Counted from the first letter of the stretch, positions 1 to 11,924 are shown. The stretch is 32,228 bases of DNA from Chamaesiphon sp. (GCA_965246715.1 CBDFFH010000001.1:1-32228), one strand, 5' to 3'. A program made the numbers and translations. Notes: generated by a model from the sequence alone, not told the origin.

Positions 1-183
1 ATTCCGACGGCTGTATCTTTAGGTATCGATGGCGTAGAGACTTATTACGCTTACAACAATCCCAATCCCTGGATTCCTAGCTTCGAGCAAACAGAGACAG
101 TCAAGCGCTTGGGTAACAGTTACAACTTGCTGCATACCTGCGGTACTGATACTCATGGCCTAAATTTACTGCAAAGATTGTAG
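1..183 (+). CDS. 3' end of PHP-domain (metal-dependent phosphoesterase) protein, partial
   Basis: Frame 1 reads IPTAVSLGIDGVETYYAYNNP...LLHTCGTDTHGLNLLQRL*; GIDGVETYY and GTDTHG are the C-terminal PHP motifs. Confidence 0.85.
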   Translation: MPTAVSLGIDGVETYYAYNNPNPWIPSFEQTETVKRLGNSYNLLHTCGTDTHGLNLLQRL

Positions 184-559
184 TCTGAGTTGTGCTTTAT
201 GGATCGTCAGCCGCTCGCGTACCGAGCTGAAACTTTTTGCAATCGATCGGCTGAAAGTGCAGCCATCGGGCGGCTAAGATCGTTACAAGTAGTAGATTCC
301 GATCGCCCGAGATCGGGTTTAGGTAAAATCTCTAATTGCCATTGCCATCGGAGTTGTCTATGATAGTTTGTTAGGTATATTATACCCAGGCGATCGGTTC
401 TAAGTATTCGTCAGCAGTCAGCTTCGATCGTCCGGTGGCTTGAGCCAATGACATCACAAGAGCCTGCCGATCGACGCAAAAATACTTCTTCCGAGATAGC
501 ACGATCGGTTATTGGTGATTGGTTGATTTCAATTAGTTCTTTTGCGTCAGTTGAATTAA

Positions 560-1861
560 ATGTCATTAAATTCGATTAAGCCTCTCAATGGTCAAGCTTC
601 AGACATGGATACACACTCTCTTCGTGGACTGCTCGAAATGACAAAACCGACAGATCCAGATGTCGAACACTCAGAACTTAGATTCGATCGTGAGGGTAGT
701 CATTCGATGAATGGTACTGCAATAGCACTCGCAATCCCACCAGAACAGATCGAGCTACCCTCGCAAGATATTCGGGTAGCTGCACTCAAAGCTACACTAG
801 ACAGACATCGCGGCGAACGGCAAATCGTCCTCTTACAGGACTTTCCCGACCCCGACGCGCTCTCTGGCGCTTGGGCATATCAACTGATTGCCAAGCAATA
901 CAATATTAATTGCGACCTGATCTATGCTGGTGCGCTCAGCCATCAGGAGAATATCGCGCTGGTTAAATTGACCGGATTGCCAACAAAGAAGATTGCCAGT
1001 GCCAATCTCAAGGAAAAAGATCTAGCTAATTACCAAGGCTGCGTCCTGATTGATAATCAGGGTACCACTTGTCAATTATTAGAACAAGTCCAGCAAGCGG
1101 GTATCCCGATTACCGTTATCATCGACCACCACAGCCTCCAAGAAGATCTCGACGCTGAATTTGTCGATATTCGCCCGATGACCCGCGCGACGGCGACGAT
1201 CCTCACGCAATACCTTCAAGCTGGAATGCTCAAGCTCGATAGCAGTATCGCCGAGCATGTCAAATGTGCTACCGCGCTGATGCACGGCTTACGATCGGAT
1301 ACAAATCGCCTAATGCAGGCTCAGGAAGAAGATTTTCTCGCTGCTGGGTATCTAAGCCGTTTTTACGACGCACAGCTCCTCAACGCTATTTTACAGGTCT
1401 ATCGATCGAAACGGGTGATGGAAGTGATCCAACGATCGCTCACCAATCGCGTAGTACAAAATAACTTCTCGATCGGTGGTGTGGGCTATCTGCGTTATGA
1501 AGACCGAGATGCGATTCCTCAAGCTGCGGACTTTTTGGTAACTGAAGAAAATGTCCACACGGCGGTAGTATATGGCATCGTCCGCGATGAAGATGATGAG
1601 GTCGAGTTAGTGATCGGTTCGCTCCGCACGTCGAAATTAACGCTCGACCCGGATGAGTTTATAAAAGAGGCATTTGGCAAAAATAGCGAAGGACGGTTCT
1701 TTGGTGGTGGGCGATTTACGGCTGGTGGGTTTGAGATTCCCGTCGGCTTTTTATGTGGATTTAACGACAATCCTGATTTCTCGAAGATGAAGTGGGAAGT
1801 CTTTGACAATCAAATCAAGCAGAAGTTATTGAGACTAGTCAATCCTACTGATAGTTATTAA
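560..1861 (+). CDS. DHH family phosphoesterase (NrnA-like oligoribonuclease/pAp phosphatase)
   Basis: QDFPDPDAL, IIDHH, GLRSDT and GGGR motifs; true start may be a later Met. Confidence 0.9.
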   Translation: MSLNSIKPLNGQASDMDTHSLRGLLEMTKPTDPDVEHSELRFDREGSHSMNGTAIALAIPPEQIELPSQDIRVAALKATLDRHRGERQIVLLQDFPDPDALSGAWAYQLIAKQYNINCDLIYAGALSHQENIALVKLTGLPTKKIASANLKEKDLANYQGCVLIDNQGTTCQLLEQVQQAGIPITVIIDHHSLQEDLDAEFVDIRPMTRATATILTQYLQAGMLKLDSSIAEHVKCATALMHGLRSDTNRLMQAQEEDFLAAGYLSRFYDAQLLNAILQVYRSKRVMEVIQRSLTNRVVQNNFSIGGVGYLRYEDRDAIPQAADFLVTEENVHTAVVYGIVRDEDDEVELVIGSLRTSKLTLDPDEFIKEAFGKNSEGRFFGGGRFTAGGFEIPVGFLCGFNDNPDFSKMKWEVFDNQIKQKLLRLVNPTDSY

Positions 1862-2230
1862 TACAGTGGATAGTGGATAGTTTTTAGATCGATCGTGTGG
1901 CGTTGGCTATGCGATCGATTTGTTTTTGAATCGCCTATCTTCTTCACTATCACCTTTAGTTAGATCGATGAAAATATCTTTATTTCAGACTATATTTATG
2001 CGGAATAGTTCAATTTAATGGTTATTCTAATAGTCAGTAACCCTAATTGTTCGAGTAGTTGTATCTACTTTTTATTCGAGTTGTGAAAAATCGAATAAGT
2101 GTGGTTTCCCGTCTATTTTAGCGTAGCAACACGACTATGGGTAATTAAGGTCGATCGAATATGCTGATGGAGTAGGTCAAGAGCGATCGCTTCCACACCT
2201 GATTTTCTCCATCAACTCTACCCTTAATAT

Positions 2231-3995
2231 ATGATGGCAACTATTCCTCAAACAGCTTACGGTGAATTTATCGCACAAGTTAAAGCCGATCGAGTGAAAA
2301 AGGTGAAGATCGATCTCAATCGAATCGAGTATGTAGTTGCTACCGAAACAGGTGAAGAAACCTACATTACAATCTCCGAGTCTTCGACTGGAAATCTGCC
2401 CGAATTATTGCGATCGCATGGTGTTGAATACACTGTAAAAAATCCACCTGCCGATAACTGGTTGGGCGCATTAATCGGAGTTGTCTTACCGTCATTAGTT
2501 GCAGTCGGTGCGGGTGCATTGTTACTCAAATATACCGAAGGTGGCAATGGTGTCATGGGCGTAGGCAAAAGCAAAGCGCGGGTATATGGTAGAGGTAAAA
2601 CTGGGATTAAATTCACCGATGTTGCTGGGGTAGATGAAGCCAAAACAAGAATTACAAGAAGTTGTCGATTTAGACCTCAAAAATAGCGATAAATATACCC
2701 GCCTCGGTGCCAAAATTCCCAAAGGTGTATTACTAGTCGGCCCTCCAGGAACGGGCAAAACCTTGCTCGCCAAAGCGATCGCGGGTGAAGCTGGCGTACC
2801 ATTCTTTAGTATGTCCGGTTCGGAATTTGTGGAATTATATGTCGGTGTCGGTGCATCGCGGGTACGAGATTTATTCGCCAAAGCCAAGCAGCAAGCACCC
2901 TGCATCATCTTTATCGACGAGCTAGACGCGATCGGGAAATCGCGCGGTAATGGCTCAAATCCAAATGGTGGTAACGATGAGCGGGAGCAGACTCTAAATC
3001 AGTTGCTCACTGAGATGGATGGCTTCGATGGTAATTCTGGCGTGATTCTAATAGCCGCCACCAATCGCCCCGAAGTGTTAGATCCAGCCTTACGTCGTCC
3101 TGGTCGATTCGATCGCCAGGTGGTGGTGGATAGACCAGATAAAAGCGGCAGAGCGGAAATCTTAACCGTTCATGCCAAAAACGTGAAGTTGGGTGAGGAT
3201 GTCGATTTAGGACTATTGGCGACGCGGACTTCAGGATTGACAGGTGCGGATTTAGCCAATTTGGTAAATGAAGCGGCGTTAATGGCGGCGCGAAGCAATC
3301 GTCAGGCGATTTTGATGGCTGATTTCGAGCTGGCATTCGAGCGGATCTTAGTTGGTTTGGAAAAACGATCGCGAGTGTTAAATCCGATCGAGCGGCAAAC
3401 TGTCGCGTATCATGAAGTCGGACACGCGCTAGTGGGTGCGTTGATGCCAGGACGGGGTAAAGTCGAGAAAATCTCGATCGTCCCGCGTGGAGTCGGTGCG
3501 CTGGGTTACACGCTGCAAGTGCCGGATGAAGATCGCTTCTTGATGATGGAAGATGAAATTCGCGGTCAGATTGCGACCTTACTCGGCGGACGTGCGGCGG
3601 AGGAAGTTATTTTTGGGAAGGTATCTACAGGTGCCAGCGATGATATCCAGAAGGCAACGAGTCTGGCGGAGAAGGCGATTATGTTGTATGGGATGGGTGA
3701 TACTTTAGGGCCGATCGCCTTTGCTGGCAATCAGTCGCAGTTTTTGAATGGGGATAATGTGCGTCGCGCTGTGAGTGCTGAGGTATCGACGGAAATCGAT
3801 CGACTGTTGAAAGAAACGATCGATCGAGCGCATCAAATGGCACGTCTGATTCTCGAACAAAATCGGGAGTTATTAGTGTCTACTGCGGTAGTTTTGCTCG
3901 ATCGAGAGGTGCTTGAAGGTGATGCTCTGCGGCAGATTTTGAGTCAGGCGAAAGCTCCGTTAGGTTTAGCTGATTGGCTGCATAGTGGCACTTGA
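2231..3995 (+). pseudogene. ftsH: FtsH AAA+ zinc metalloprotease paralog, frameshifted near 2642-2645
   Basis: ORF1 ends ...[12 protein letters not shown] and ORF2 continues QELQEVVD; Walker A GPPGTGKT, Walker [25 protein letters not shown] zinc motif; extra A in GCCAAAACAAGAA. Confidence 0.88.
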
Positions 3996-4118
3996 AGCTG
4001 TCATTTAAAAAAAATATAGTCATATTGATGTGCGAGTCTCTGATGCCAGATATCCAATACTGTAGATCGAGATACTGCATTAAAATAGATTGAGCGACCC
4101 TTATTCTTGGGAGCAGTC

Positions 4119-4749
4119 ATGACAGCCACACTAATCCAAAGTCCCGATCGTGTAGTTTTACAGCATATCAGTTGGCAGACTTATCAGTCACTGACGATCG
4201 ACTTCGAGCAAGAACCTACGATTCGACTGACTTACGATCGAGGTACTCTCGAAATCCGGATGCCGTTAACGCCACATGAAACTTTTAAAAAAATCCTCGG
4301 TCGTCTGATTGAAGCGGCAATAGAAGAACTCGATCTGGAAATTCGCAGCTTGGGTTCTCTGACTTGTAATCGAGAAGACCTGGCGAAAGGGCTAGAACCA
4401 GACCAGTGTTACTATATCCAAAATGAGCTTCAGGTGCGTAGTGTCGATCGGATCGATCTGACAAAGCTGCCACTACCAGATTTGGTAGTTGAAATCGATA
4501 TTACCAGTAGTTCTCTCAATCGCTTCTCGATTTATGCCGATCTACAGGTTCCTGAAATTTGGCGATATGATGGTAAATCTTTAGTGATTTATGAATTGGT
4601 AGATGGTGATTATCTGGTGCGCGATCGCAGTATCGCCTTGCCAATTTTGAAGACGGAGGACATTGTAAGATTTCTGAGTTTTCAATCATTCGATCGGAGA
4701 AAATAATTTAGTAAAGCAATTTCGCCAGTGGGTGAGATCTGCTTTGTAA
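4119..4749 (+). pseudogene. Uma2 family (PD-(D/E)XK-like) endonuclease with +1 frameshift near the C-terminus
   Basis: EPDQCYY, PDLVVEIDITSSS and VPEIWRYDG motifs; the expected tail SIGENNLVKQFRQWVRSAL* lies in another frame and ends at 4749. Confidence 0.8.
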
Positions 4750-5115
4750 TCGATATCGCGATTTACTGACGCAACGCTACTAGGCTGAGATCGGAACTAG
4801 AGCCTTTCCATTCCATTAGATGACAGTCTGCCTCAAAAGTGTAGCGATCGAAATTGTGAAATTAGGATTGGGTATCATAATAAATATCTCCATCCACTCA
4901 TCTGATTTTTATTCTAGTTACTTTTGAGGTTGTTGCATGTCGATCGAGTATTTTACAGTTCAAGTCTCTGTATCTCTGCTACAGAAATTAGAGCAAAACA
5001 ATAAATTCGATCTTTTTAAATATTTTATTACCCAAAACTAAGTTGCGGAATAATAGCGGAATTAATTCAACCTCTAATGGTTTCTATACTCCGCATCGAT
5101 ATCGATTTTGTAAAT

Positions 5116-6564
5116 CTATAACCCAGGCGATCGCTTATACCATTCGTTAGATTGCTCGTAGACATGCGCGACTTGCAATAATAGATCCTCGCGCAAGACA
5201 TTACTGAGTAATTGCAACCCGATCGGCATTCCTTTATCATCGAAACCGCAGGGAATGCTAATCCCTGGCAATCCAGCTAGATTGACGGGAATCGTCATCA
5301 AATCCGAAAGATACATACTCAACGGATCGGCGGTTTTTTCGCCAGCTTTAAATGCCGTCGTCGGTGCGGTTGGCGTGATCAGAATATCTACTTGACTGAA
5401 TGCGGCTTCAAAGTCTTCTTTGATCAACGTTCGTACCTTTTGCGCCTTGATATAATAGGCATCGTAATAACCCGCCGATAGCGCGTAGGTTCCAAGCATA
5501 ATTCGGCGTTTGACTTCCGCTCCGAAACCAGCGGCTCTGGTTTGGGTATACATCGACATTAGATTGTCCGCCTCGGCTCTAAACCCATATTTCACACCAT
5601 CATAACGGGCTAGATTCGCGGATGCTTCGGAAGGGGCGATCACGTAATAGGTGGGTAAACCGTAACGGAAACGGGGACAGGAAATCTCTTGAACTTCCGC
5701 GCCGAGCGATCGAAAATGCTCGATCGCAGTTCTGACTGATTCAGCTACTTGTGGATCTAAGCCTTCACCAAAGGTTTCGGTAATAATGCCGATTTTCAAA
5801 CCCTTCGGTAAGTCTGGAGTGAGCAATTGGGAGTATTTGGGAATCTCGACTTGGAGACTGGTCGAGTCTTTTGGATCGTAACCCGCGATCGCTTCTAATA
5901 AGATTGCCGCATCTTCCACCGTCCGCGCGAATGGTCCGATTTGATCCAAGGAGGAAGCATACGCGACTAAACCAAACCGCGATACCAATCCGTAGGTTGG
6001 TTTTAGCCCGACTATGCCACAATAAGCCGCTGGTTGACGAATCGAGCCACCAGTATCGGAACCGAGCGATACAACGCATTCTCCCCCCGCTACAGCCGCA
6101 GCGGAACCACCGGACGAACCACCAGGAACGCGTTCTAAATCCCAGGGATTGGCGGTGACTTGATAGGCAGAATTTTCGGTAGAGCTGCCCATCGCAAATT
6201 CGTCGAGGTTGGTTTTCCCAAGGGACACCGCACCTAAGTCTTGCAGTTTTTGGGTGACGGTAGACTCATAGGGCGGAACGAAACCTTCTAAAATCTTGGA
6301 ACCACAGGTAGTTTGGATGCCCTTGGTACACAGATTATCTTTGAGCGCGATCGGAATTCCGGCTAATAGTCCGATCTCCTCGCCTGCGGCAATTTTGGCA
6401 TCTACTAACTGTGCCTGCGCGAGGGCTTGCGTCGGCGTGGTGCAAAGGAAACTGCGAAGTTGTGGTTCGAGTTGATTGACGCGATCGATCGCTTCCATGG
6501 CGATTTCTACTGCCGATCGTTGTTTGCTAACAAGCTGTTGATGCAACTCGCGAATAGATGCCAT
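5116..6564 (-). CDS. gatA: Asp-tRNA(Asn)/Glu-tRNA(Gln) amidotransferase subunit A
   Basis: Amidase signature [30 protein letters not shown] and EVKRRIMLG. Confidence 0.98.
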   Translation of the reverse strand: MASIRELHQQLVSKQRSAVEIAMEAIDRVNQLEPQLRSFLCTTPTQALAQAQLVDAKIAAGEEIGLLAGIPIALKDNLCTKGIQTTCGSKILEGFVPPYESTVTQKLQDLGAVSLGKTNLDEFAMGSSTENSAYQVTANPWDLERVPGGSSGGSAAAVAGGECVVSLGSDTGGSIRQPAAYCGIVGLKPTYGLVSRFGLVAYASSLDQIGPFARTVEDAAILLEAIAGYDPKDSTSLQVEIPKYSQLLTPDLPKGLKIGIITETFGEGLDPQVAESVRTAIEHFRSLGAEVQEISCPRFRYGLPTYYVIAPSEASANLARYDGVKYGFRAEADNLMSMYTQTRAAGFGAEVKRRIMLGTYALSAGYYDAYYIKAQKVRTLIKEDFEAAFSQVDILITPTAPTTAFKAGEKTADPLSMYLSDLMTIPVNLAGLPGISIPCGFDDKGMPIGLQLLSNVLREDLLLQVAHVYEQSNEWYKRSPGL

Positions 6565-6766
6565 GTACTTGAATCCTAATATCTTGCTTAGATCCTATGA
6601 TATCTGACCTCTGACTCTAGCGGAACCTAAACTTGCGTTAAGGCTCGCTAATTGAAGGTCTTTGATTCTACATTACAGAGGCATCGGAGCAGGAGCGATA
6701 TGCGGAGCCAGAACGTGATATTGAGGTTTGTTTGGCGGAAGCAGATCGAGGCGAGTTAATCGATTG

Positions 6767-7612
6767 TTAACTAGCTGCTAGATTAAACACTGAAATTTCT
6801 GGACGACAGTTAAAGCGAGCGTGGATGCCTGGAAAGCCGACCCCGCGACTCGTGTACTGAATCATATTTCCGACTTGATAGCGACCGATCGGGTATTTAG
6901 TACCATAATCTGGATATTTCTTCTTCACGAACGGAATTCGCACTTGTCCGCCATGCGAATGCCCCGACAATTGCAGCCCAAAGCGTCCGGTTGCCGCAGT
7001 TTCATCGGCAAAATCTGGCTCGTGCGCGAGCATAATTGCGGCACCAGTGGTAGGTAGTTGGGCTAGTACTCGATCGAGTTTGGCTTGTTGCGCCCACACA
7101 TCCCCAACCCCCGCAATGCTCAGTGTCGCACCATTGCGTTTTGCAGTATAAACTTCATTTTCTAGCAGAGTTACTCCAGAATTGAAGATCGATTTTCGTA
7201 CCGATGGAGCGTTACCATTGAATGCATCGTGATTGCCCAAAACGGCTAACGTGCGATCTCTTGCCTGAAATCCTGCCAGCGTGCTGGTTAATAACTTGGC
7301 TTGAAGTTCTGGGTTTCTAGTAATATAATCACCTGTAAGGACGATGAGATCTGGGTTTTGAGCGTTCACCACCTTGACGATTTTAGTTAGTTGGGCGCGA
7401 TCGATCCCATCCCCAATATGAAGATCGGTAAGTTGGACGATCCGATAACCTGTAAATTCCCGATCTAAGTTAGGCAAGGTAATCTCAATTTGCTTGACTT
7501 CCAGCCAATTTGGTTCGATCTTGTGAGCGTAAATACTCGTGAGAAATAGCAAGACACAGATTGCTAGGATGAGTTGGAACGGTCGAGGTATCTTGAGTTT
7601 CAGGATTCGCAT
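6767..7612 (-). CDS. Calcineurin-like metallophosphoesterase (YkuE/YaeI-like) with N-terminal membrane anchor
   Basis: LTDLH, GDYI, GNHD, AHEPD and LSGHSHGGQ motifs; ATG at 7612 preferred over the ORF-track start at 7687. Confidence 0.9.
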   Translation of the reverse strand: MRILKLKIPRPFQLILAICVLLFLTSIYAHKIEPNWLEVKQIEITLPNLDREFTGYRIVQLTDLHIGDGIDRAQLTKIVKVVNAQNPDLIVLTGDYITRNPELQAKLLTSTLAGFQARDRTLAVLGNHDAFNGNAPSVRKSIFNSGVTLLENEVYTAKRNGATLSIAGVGDVWAQQAKLDRVLAQLPTTGAAIMLAHEPDFADETAATGRFGLQLSGHSHGGQVRIPFVKKKYPDYGTKYPIGRYQVGNMIQYTSRGVGFPGIHARFNCRPEISVFNLAAS

Positions 7613-7909
7613 GATACACCGTACGTAGATCGGTTTAGTTAGTGAAATTAGGTTATAATTCTCGATTGCTAACGCTCGCTCTAACACTACAATTTGCTTG
7701 CGCTCGATTGCGTAAAAGACGAGTGAAATTCTGATAGATCCAGCTTAAAGCCGCTCTCAAGGAGCATGACACGCTATGATGCGCTTAGCGATCGTCATCC
7801 GTTCGGCTCGATCGCTAATTAATTATTCAATCTAGTCACAAAATAAGTTTGGATCTGCAAATTGTGGTAGAGCCAAAGATTCGGTCATGTATCGTAATGA
7901 TGATTTCAC

Positions 7910-8010
7910 GCGATCGCGACTGCCTGTTTGCTTTCAATAAAAATATTCTTCCGCCTCGATGTTATTTCAAAGAGATATTTTTAACAAGTCAGACAGGCAG
8001 TCGCGATCGC
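7910..8010. repeat. Long imperfect inverted repeat (~40-bp arms) bounded by HIP1 sites
   Basis: GCGATCGCGACTGCCTGTTTG...TAAAAATATTCTT pairs with AAGAGATATTTTTA...CAGACAGGCAGTCGCGATCGC. Confidence 0.8.
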
Positions 8011-8076
8011 AACGATCCTAAATTTGCAAGCTATCTCATCTTAACAGCGATTTTGGATTTGACACTGTTAAAAGAA

Positions 8077-8649
8077 CTACAATCCGATCGACAGCGATCG
8101 ATCCTCATGGAGTCTGAAGATCGATCCGATCGCGAATCTGTACGATCCAGTCATTGAGAATTTGGGGAAATGGGGATGCTGCAAACCGCCACGCCACATA
8201 ATTACCCCGTCCTCATTTGTATCTTGATAATACTTCTTGCGCCGTCCGACAGATTGGAATCCATATTTTTCATAGATATGAATCGCGCCCTGATTGGATT
8301 CGCGGACTTCAAGCGTCGCTCGATCCATTTCGACTTCGCGCGCTCGATCGATCAGCGCACACAACAATAATTGCCCCAATCCTCGCCCTTGGTAGCGTGG
8401 AAGGACACCCAATAATGTAATGTGTGCCTCATCTAAAATCGCCCAGAAGCACCCGAAACCGATAATGCCTTCAGTTTCAGGTTCTAGCCTGGGATCGACT
8501 GTTATCGCCAAGAAATGACTATTCTCATTTTCTAATTCCCGGCGATAGCTATCGATCGACCACAATCCACCAAAACACACACGATCGAGGATAATAATCG
8601 ACTCGATCGCATCCACAGATATCGGACGGATATTTACATCTAAACCCAC
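8077..8649 (-). CDS. rimI: Ribosomal-protein-alanine N-acetyltransferase; C-terminal tail probably frameshifted near 8161-8167
   Basis: WAILDEAHITLLGV, QGRGLG, ATLEVRESNQGA and GRRKKYY; alternative frame gives ILNDWIVQIRDRIDLQTP* ending at 8105. Confidence 0.9.
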   Translation of the reverse strand: MGLDVNIRPISVDAIESIIILDRVCFGGLWSIDSYRRELENENSHFLAITVDPRLEPETEGIIGFGCFWAILDEAHITLLGVLPRYQGRGLGQLLLCALIDRAREVEMDRATLEVRESNQGAIHIYEKYGFQSVGRRKKYYQDTNEDGVIMWRGGLQHPHFPKFSMTGSYRFAIGSIFRLHEDRSLSIGL

Positions 8650-8701
8650 TCGTTGTTATTAGCTATTAGTTATTAATATCCTTCATACTCCTGGTGGAAT
8701 T

Positions 8702-8790
8702 CCCCTCCTAGGAGCTGCGGTTTATTCGGCGGTTCCTTCCGAATAAAAAAACCGACAAGACAGGGGTGCCCGCAAGGTGGGTCAGGACTA
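8702..8790 (+). repeat. REP-like element (CCCCTCCTAGGAG|GGGTGCCCGCAAGG) interrupted by a 49-bp mini-element (8715-8763)
   Basis: Insert CTGCGG...TTCGGCGGTTCCTTCCGAA...CCGACAAGACAG shares its ends with the elements at 18196 and 27476. Confidence 0.7.
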
Positions 8791-8803
8791 TGCAATCATC
8801 AGA

Positions 8804-10579
8804 TTACCCCAATCCAAATGCCCGATGCACGGTTTTGAGGGCATCGATACCTTCTTCCTGCGCGACAACGCAGCTAATTTTAATCTCTGAAGTCGCAATC
8901 ATTTGGATGTTAATCCCCGCCGTAGCCAGCGCATTAAACATTTGGGCGGCAACGCCAGGCTTGCCGATCATCCCCGCACCGACAATGCTGACTTTTGCGA
9001 TCGCTTCATCGACAACGACTTCCCCACACCCCAATTGGAGAGCGGAAGATTCGAGCAATCGCTTGGCATCTGCCGCATCTGCTTGCGCCACAGTACAGGC
9101 AATATCCCGCGTGGCGACACCATTGACGATTAGGGTGCGTTGAGACTGGATGATGGTATCCACACTAATATTATGCGCCGCCAGAATCCCAAATAGCTGA
9201 GCAGCTCGTCCTGGCAGATCGGGAATATAGCGCACGGCTAATCTGGCTTGATTGAGATCGAGAGCAACGCCGCGCACTGGGATGGTAGTTGCGGGTTTCG
9301 TTGGGGCTAATTCGGTTGTGGAGGTAGAAATTTCAAACTCTCGACACAATGCCGCGATCGCCCGATCGCAATCTCGATTGGGAATGACGCAGCTCACCTT
9401 GATTTCGGAAGTCGAAATCATCTGAATATTTACCCCAGCATCTGCCAATGTTTTAAACATTTGGGCGGCTACTCCCGGTCTACCGATCATCCCAGCACCA
9501 GAAATACTGACCTTGGCAATATCCGTCGCTACGAACACTTCAGCATTGCTAGGGGTCGATTGATCGTGTAAGACGGGCGCGACAGCTTCAGCAACCGCTT
9601 GGGCGCGTTCGATCGCCTGTTTGTTGACAGTAAAGGCAATATCATTGGTATTTCCGGCATTAATCGACTGCACGATCAAATCGACATCGACGCGTTCGGT
9701 CGCCACCGCACCAAATAATTGTCCGGCAATCCCCGCTCGATCGGGTACCCGTAAGATCGCAATTTTGGCTTGATTTGAGGCAAATTCTACCGCATCTACA
9801 GCGCGAGCGATTTCTAAACCAGTCAAAGATCGCGGTTGGGGAATGGGGGATACGACCCAAGTACCCGGTTCGTCAGTCCAACTCGATCGTACTACCAGCG
9901 GTACGCCATAATTTCTGGCAATTTCGACAGCGCGCGGATGCAATACTTTCGCGCCTAAACTGGCTAGCTCTAGCATCTCATCAGCAGTAATTTCACTCAA
10001 TAATTGGGCTTCGGGAACGATCCGAGGGTCGGTCGTCAAAATCCCTGGTACATCGGTATAAATCTCACAGGCACTCGCTTTGAGTGCCGCCGCGATCGCG
10101 ACCGCCGAAGTATCCGAACCACCTCTGCCCAACGTTGTAATCTCGCGATCTGTCGTATTACTAACGCCCTGAAATCCAGCGACGACGACAACTTTACCTT
10201 CTTTGAGATGACGTTCGATCCGATCGGGGTTAATCTCTAAAATTCGTGCGCGGGTATGTTCGGCTTCAGTGGTGATGCCGACCTGAGCGCCTGTTAGGGA
10301 AATCGCGGGTTGTCCTAATTCTTGGATGGCAATGCTCAATAAGGCGATCGTGACTTGTTCTCCCGTCGCCATTAACATATCCAATTCCCGACGAGCGGGA
10401 TTATCAGACAACTCTTTTGCCAACTTAACTAAACCATCGGTGGTCTTACCCATTGCCGAGACGACTACTACCAGGTCGTTTCCAGCTTTGACTGTGTTTA
10501 CTACTCTTTGCGCGACTGCTTGAATCCGCTCAGCAGAACCAACCGATGTGCCCCCATATTTCTGTACGATTAATGCCAT
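8804..10579 (-). CDS. lysC: Aspartate kinase (cyanobacterial type with multiple ACT domains)
   Basis: [27 protein letters not shown] and repeated GAGMIGxPGVAA / MIxTSEIK ACT motifs. Confidence 0.97.
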   Translation of the reverse strand: MALIVQKYGGTSVGSAERIQAVAQRVVNTVKAGNDLVVVVSAMGKTTDGLVKLAKELSDNPARRELDMLMATGEQVTIALLSIAIQELGQPAISLTGAQVGITTEAEHTRARILEINPDRIERHLKEGKVVVVAGFQGVSNTTDREITTLGRGGSDTSAVAIAAALKASACEIYTDVPGILTTDPRIVPEAQLLSEITADEMLELASLGAKVLHPRAVEIARNYGVPLVVRSSWTDEPGTWVVSPIPQPRSLTGLEIARAVDAVEFASNQAKIAILRVPDRAGIAGQLFGAVATERVDVDLIVQSINAGNTNDIAFTVNKQAIERAQAVAEAVAPVLHDQSTPSNAEVFVATDIAKVSISGAGMIGRPGVAAQMFKTLADAGVNIQMISTSEIKVSCVIPNRDCDRAIAALCREFEISTSTTELAPTKPATTIPVRGVALDLNQARLAVRYIPDLPGRAAQLFGILAAHNISVDTIIQSQRTLIVNGVATRDIACTVAQADAADAKRLLESSALQLGCGEVVVDEAIAKVSIVGAGMIGKPGVAAQMFNALATAGINIQMIATSEIKISCVVAQEEGIDALKTVHRAFGLG

Positions 10580-10753
10580 CGTTTTACTAATTCCTCGACC
10601 ATTTCACACCTGCATCCATCTAAACTTATCAGATCGCAATATCGCTTGGCATCTGGGTAGCTAAATGCAAAGATCGCTACCTTAATGCAGATCTAAATTA
10701 TCTGGAGTTTTAAATTGAAAGAATCTAGGCCTTTATAGATCTAAATTCGCTAA

Positions 10754-10826
<73 letters not shown>

Positions 10827-11051
10827 TTGTTGAAAATTTGGCAACTTGACTAATATAGCAAATCATCGCTAACTACGCAAGCATTTTGAGAAGAATTTTA
10901 AAATTTGAGATCGATCGAGATGATGATCTACATTCCCGTTGCGGTACTGCAATCCGATCGCGCGGATTTAGCAGATGTCATTAACTTCGGTAGAATAAAT
11001 CGCGATATAATACCTGCCTGACTGCAAATTATCAGCCCCCGATCCAGACAA

Positions 11052-11924
11052 TTGTTAAATTTTTTTCAGCACCTGCTCGATCGAGCGAAAATCGATCCCG
11101 AACATCAATACGATGGCTGGTCTCTAACCGATCGCGATCCACTGGTTATCCGTGAAGTATTGATACCAACCTGGGACTGGCTGTATCATCATTATTTTCA
11201 TGTAACTACCGACGGCTGGGAACACGTCCCCGATCGCGGACGGATGTTGGTAGTCGGTTCCCACAATGGGGGATTGGCAGCTCCAGATATGTTTATGCTG
11301 ATGTACGACTGGTTCAGTCGCTATGGCACTGACCGCCTTGCCTATGGCTTGGCACATCCTGGGGTGTGGCAGTATTTTGGCTCCATCTCAAAACTAGCAG
11401 TGCAGGCTGGTGCGGTCGTCGCTCATCCCAAGATGGCAATGGCAGCACTCCAACGCGAAGCGGCTGTCTTGGTCTATCCAGGCGGCGCTGAAGACGTATT
11501 CAGACCATATAGTCAAAGACACAAGATCGAGTTAGCCGGACGGAAGGGGTTTATCAAAGTTGCTTTACGCGAACGCGCACCGATCGTTCCGGTAGTATCG
11601 ATCGGCGCTCATGAAGGGTTGATCGTACTGGCAGATATTTACCCATTATTGGAGCAACTGCACGATCTCGGAGTGCCTTGGCTGTTTGGGATCGATCCGG
11701 TAGTCTTTCCAATTTACTTAGGTTTACCTTGGGGTATTAGTTTCGGGCCATTGCCCAATTTTCCGCTCCCCACCCAAATTCACAATCGCGTCTGCCAACC
11801 GATCGAATTCGATCGTTACGGTCGCGCTGCTGCCAACGATCGAGATTATGTCGATCGTTGTTACGAGGTAGTTGAAAACCAAATGCAACTGGAACTCGAT
11901 CGATTGGTTAGCGAAAGAGGTTAA
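11052..11924 (+). CDS. Lysophospholipid acyltransferase / DGAT2-like acyltransferase
   Basis: VGSHNGG, LVYPGG and GRKGFIKVAL...APIVPV motifs; resembles the cyanobacterial Slr2103-like family (inference). Confidence 0.88.
   Translation: MLNFFQHLLDRAKIDPEHQYDGWSLTDRDPLVIREVLIPTWDWLYHHYFHVTTDGWEHVPDRGRMLVVGSHNGGLAAPDMFMLMYDWFSRYGTDRLAYGLAHPGVWQYFGSISKLAVQAGAVVAHPKMAMAALQREAAVLVYPGGAEDVFRPYSQRHKIELAGRKGFIKVALRERAPIVPVVSIGAHEGLIVLADIYPLLEQLHDLGVPWLFGIDPVVFPIYLGLPWGISFGPLPNFPLPTQIHNRVCQPIEFDRYGRAAANDRDYVDRCYEVVENQMQLELDRLVSERG

Noticed and set aside
2634..2650. Programmed ribosomal frameshift in ftsH
   Set aside because: Only an A4 run, no clear stimulatory structure, and a second nearby indel points to decay or error
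4119..4749. Uma2 genes as a novel defence system
   Set aside because: The family is highly expanded in cyanobacteria; both copies are isolated and frameshifted
7849..8157. 102-aa plus-strand ORF
   Set aside because: Crosses the long hairpin and the antisense rimI end; no recognisable motifs
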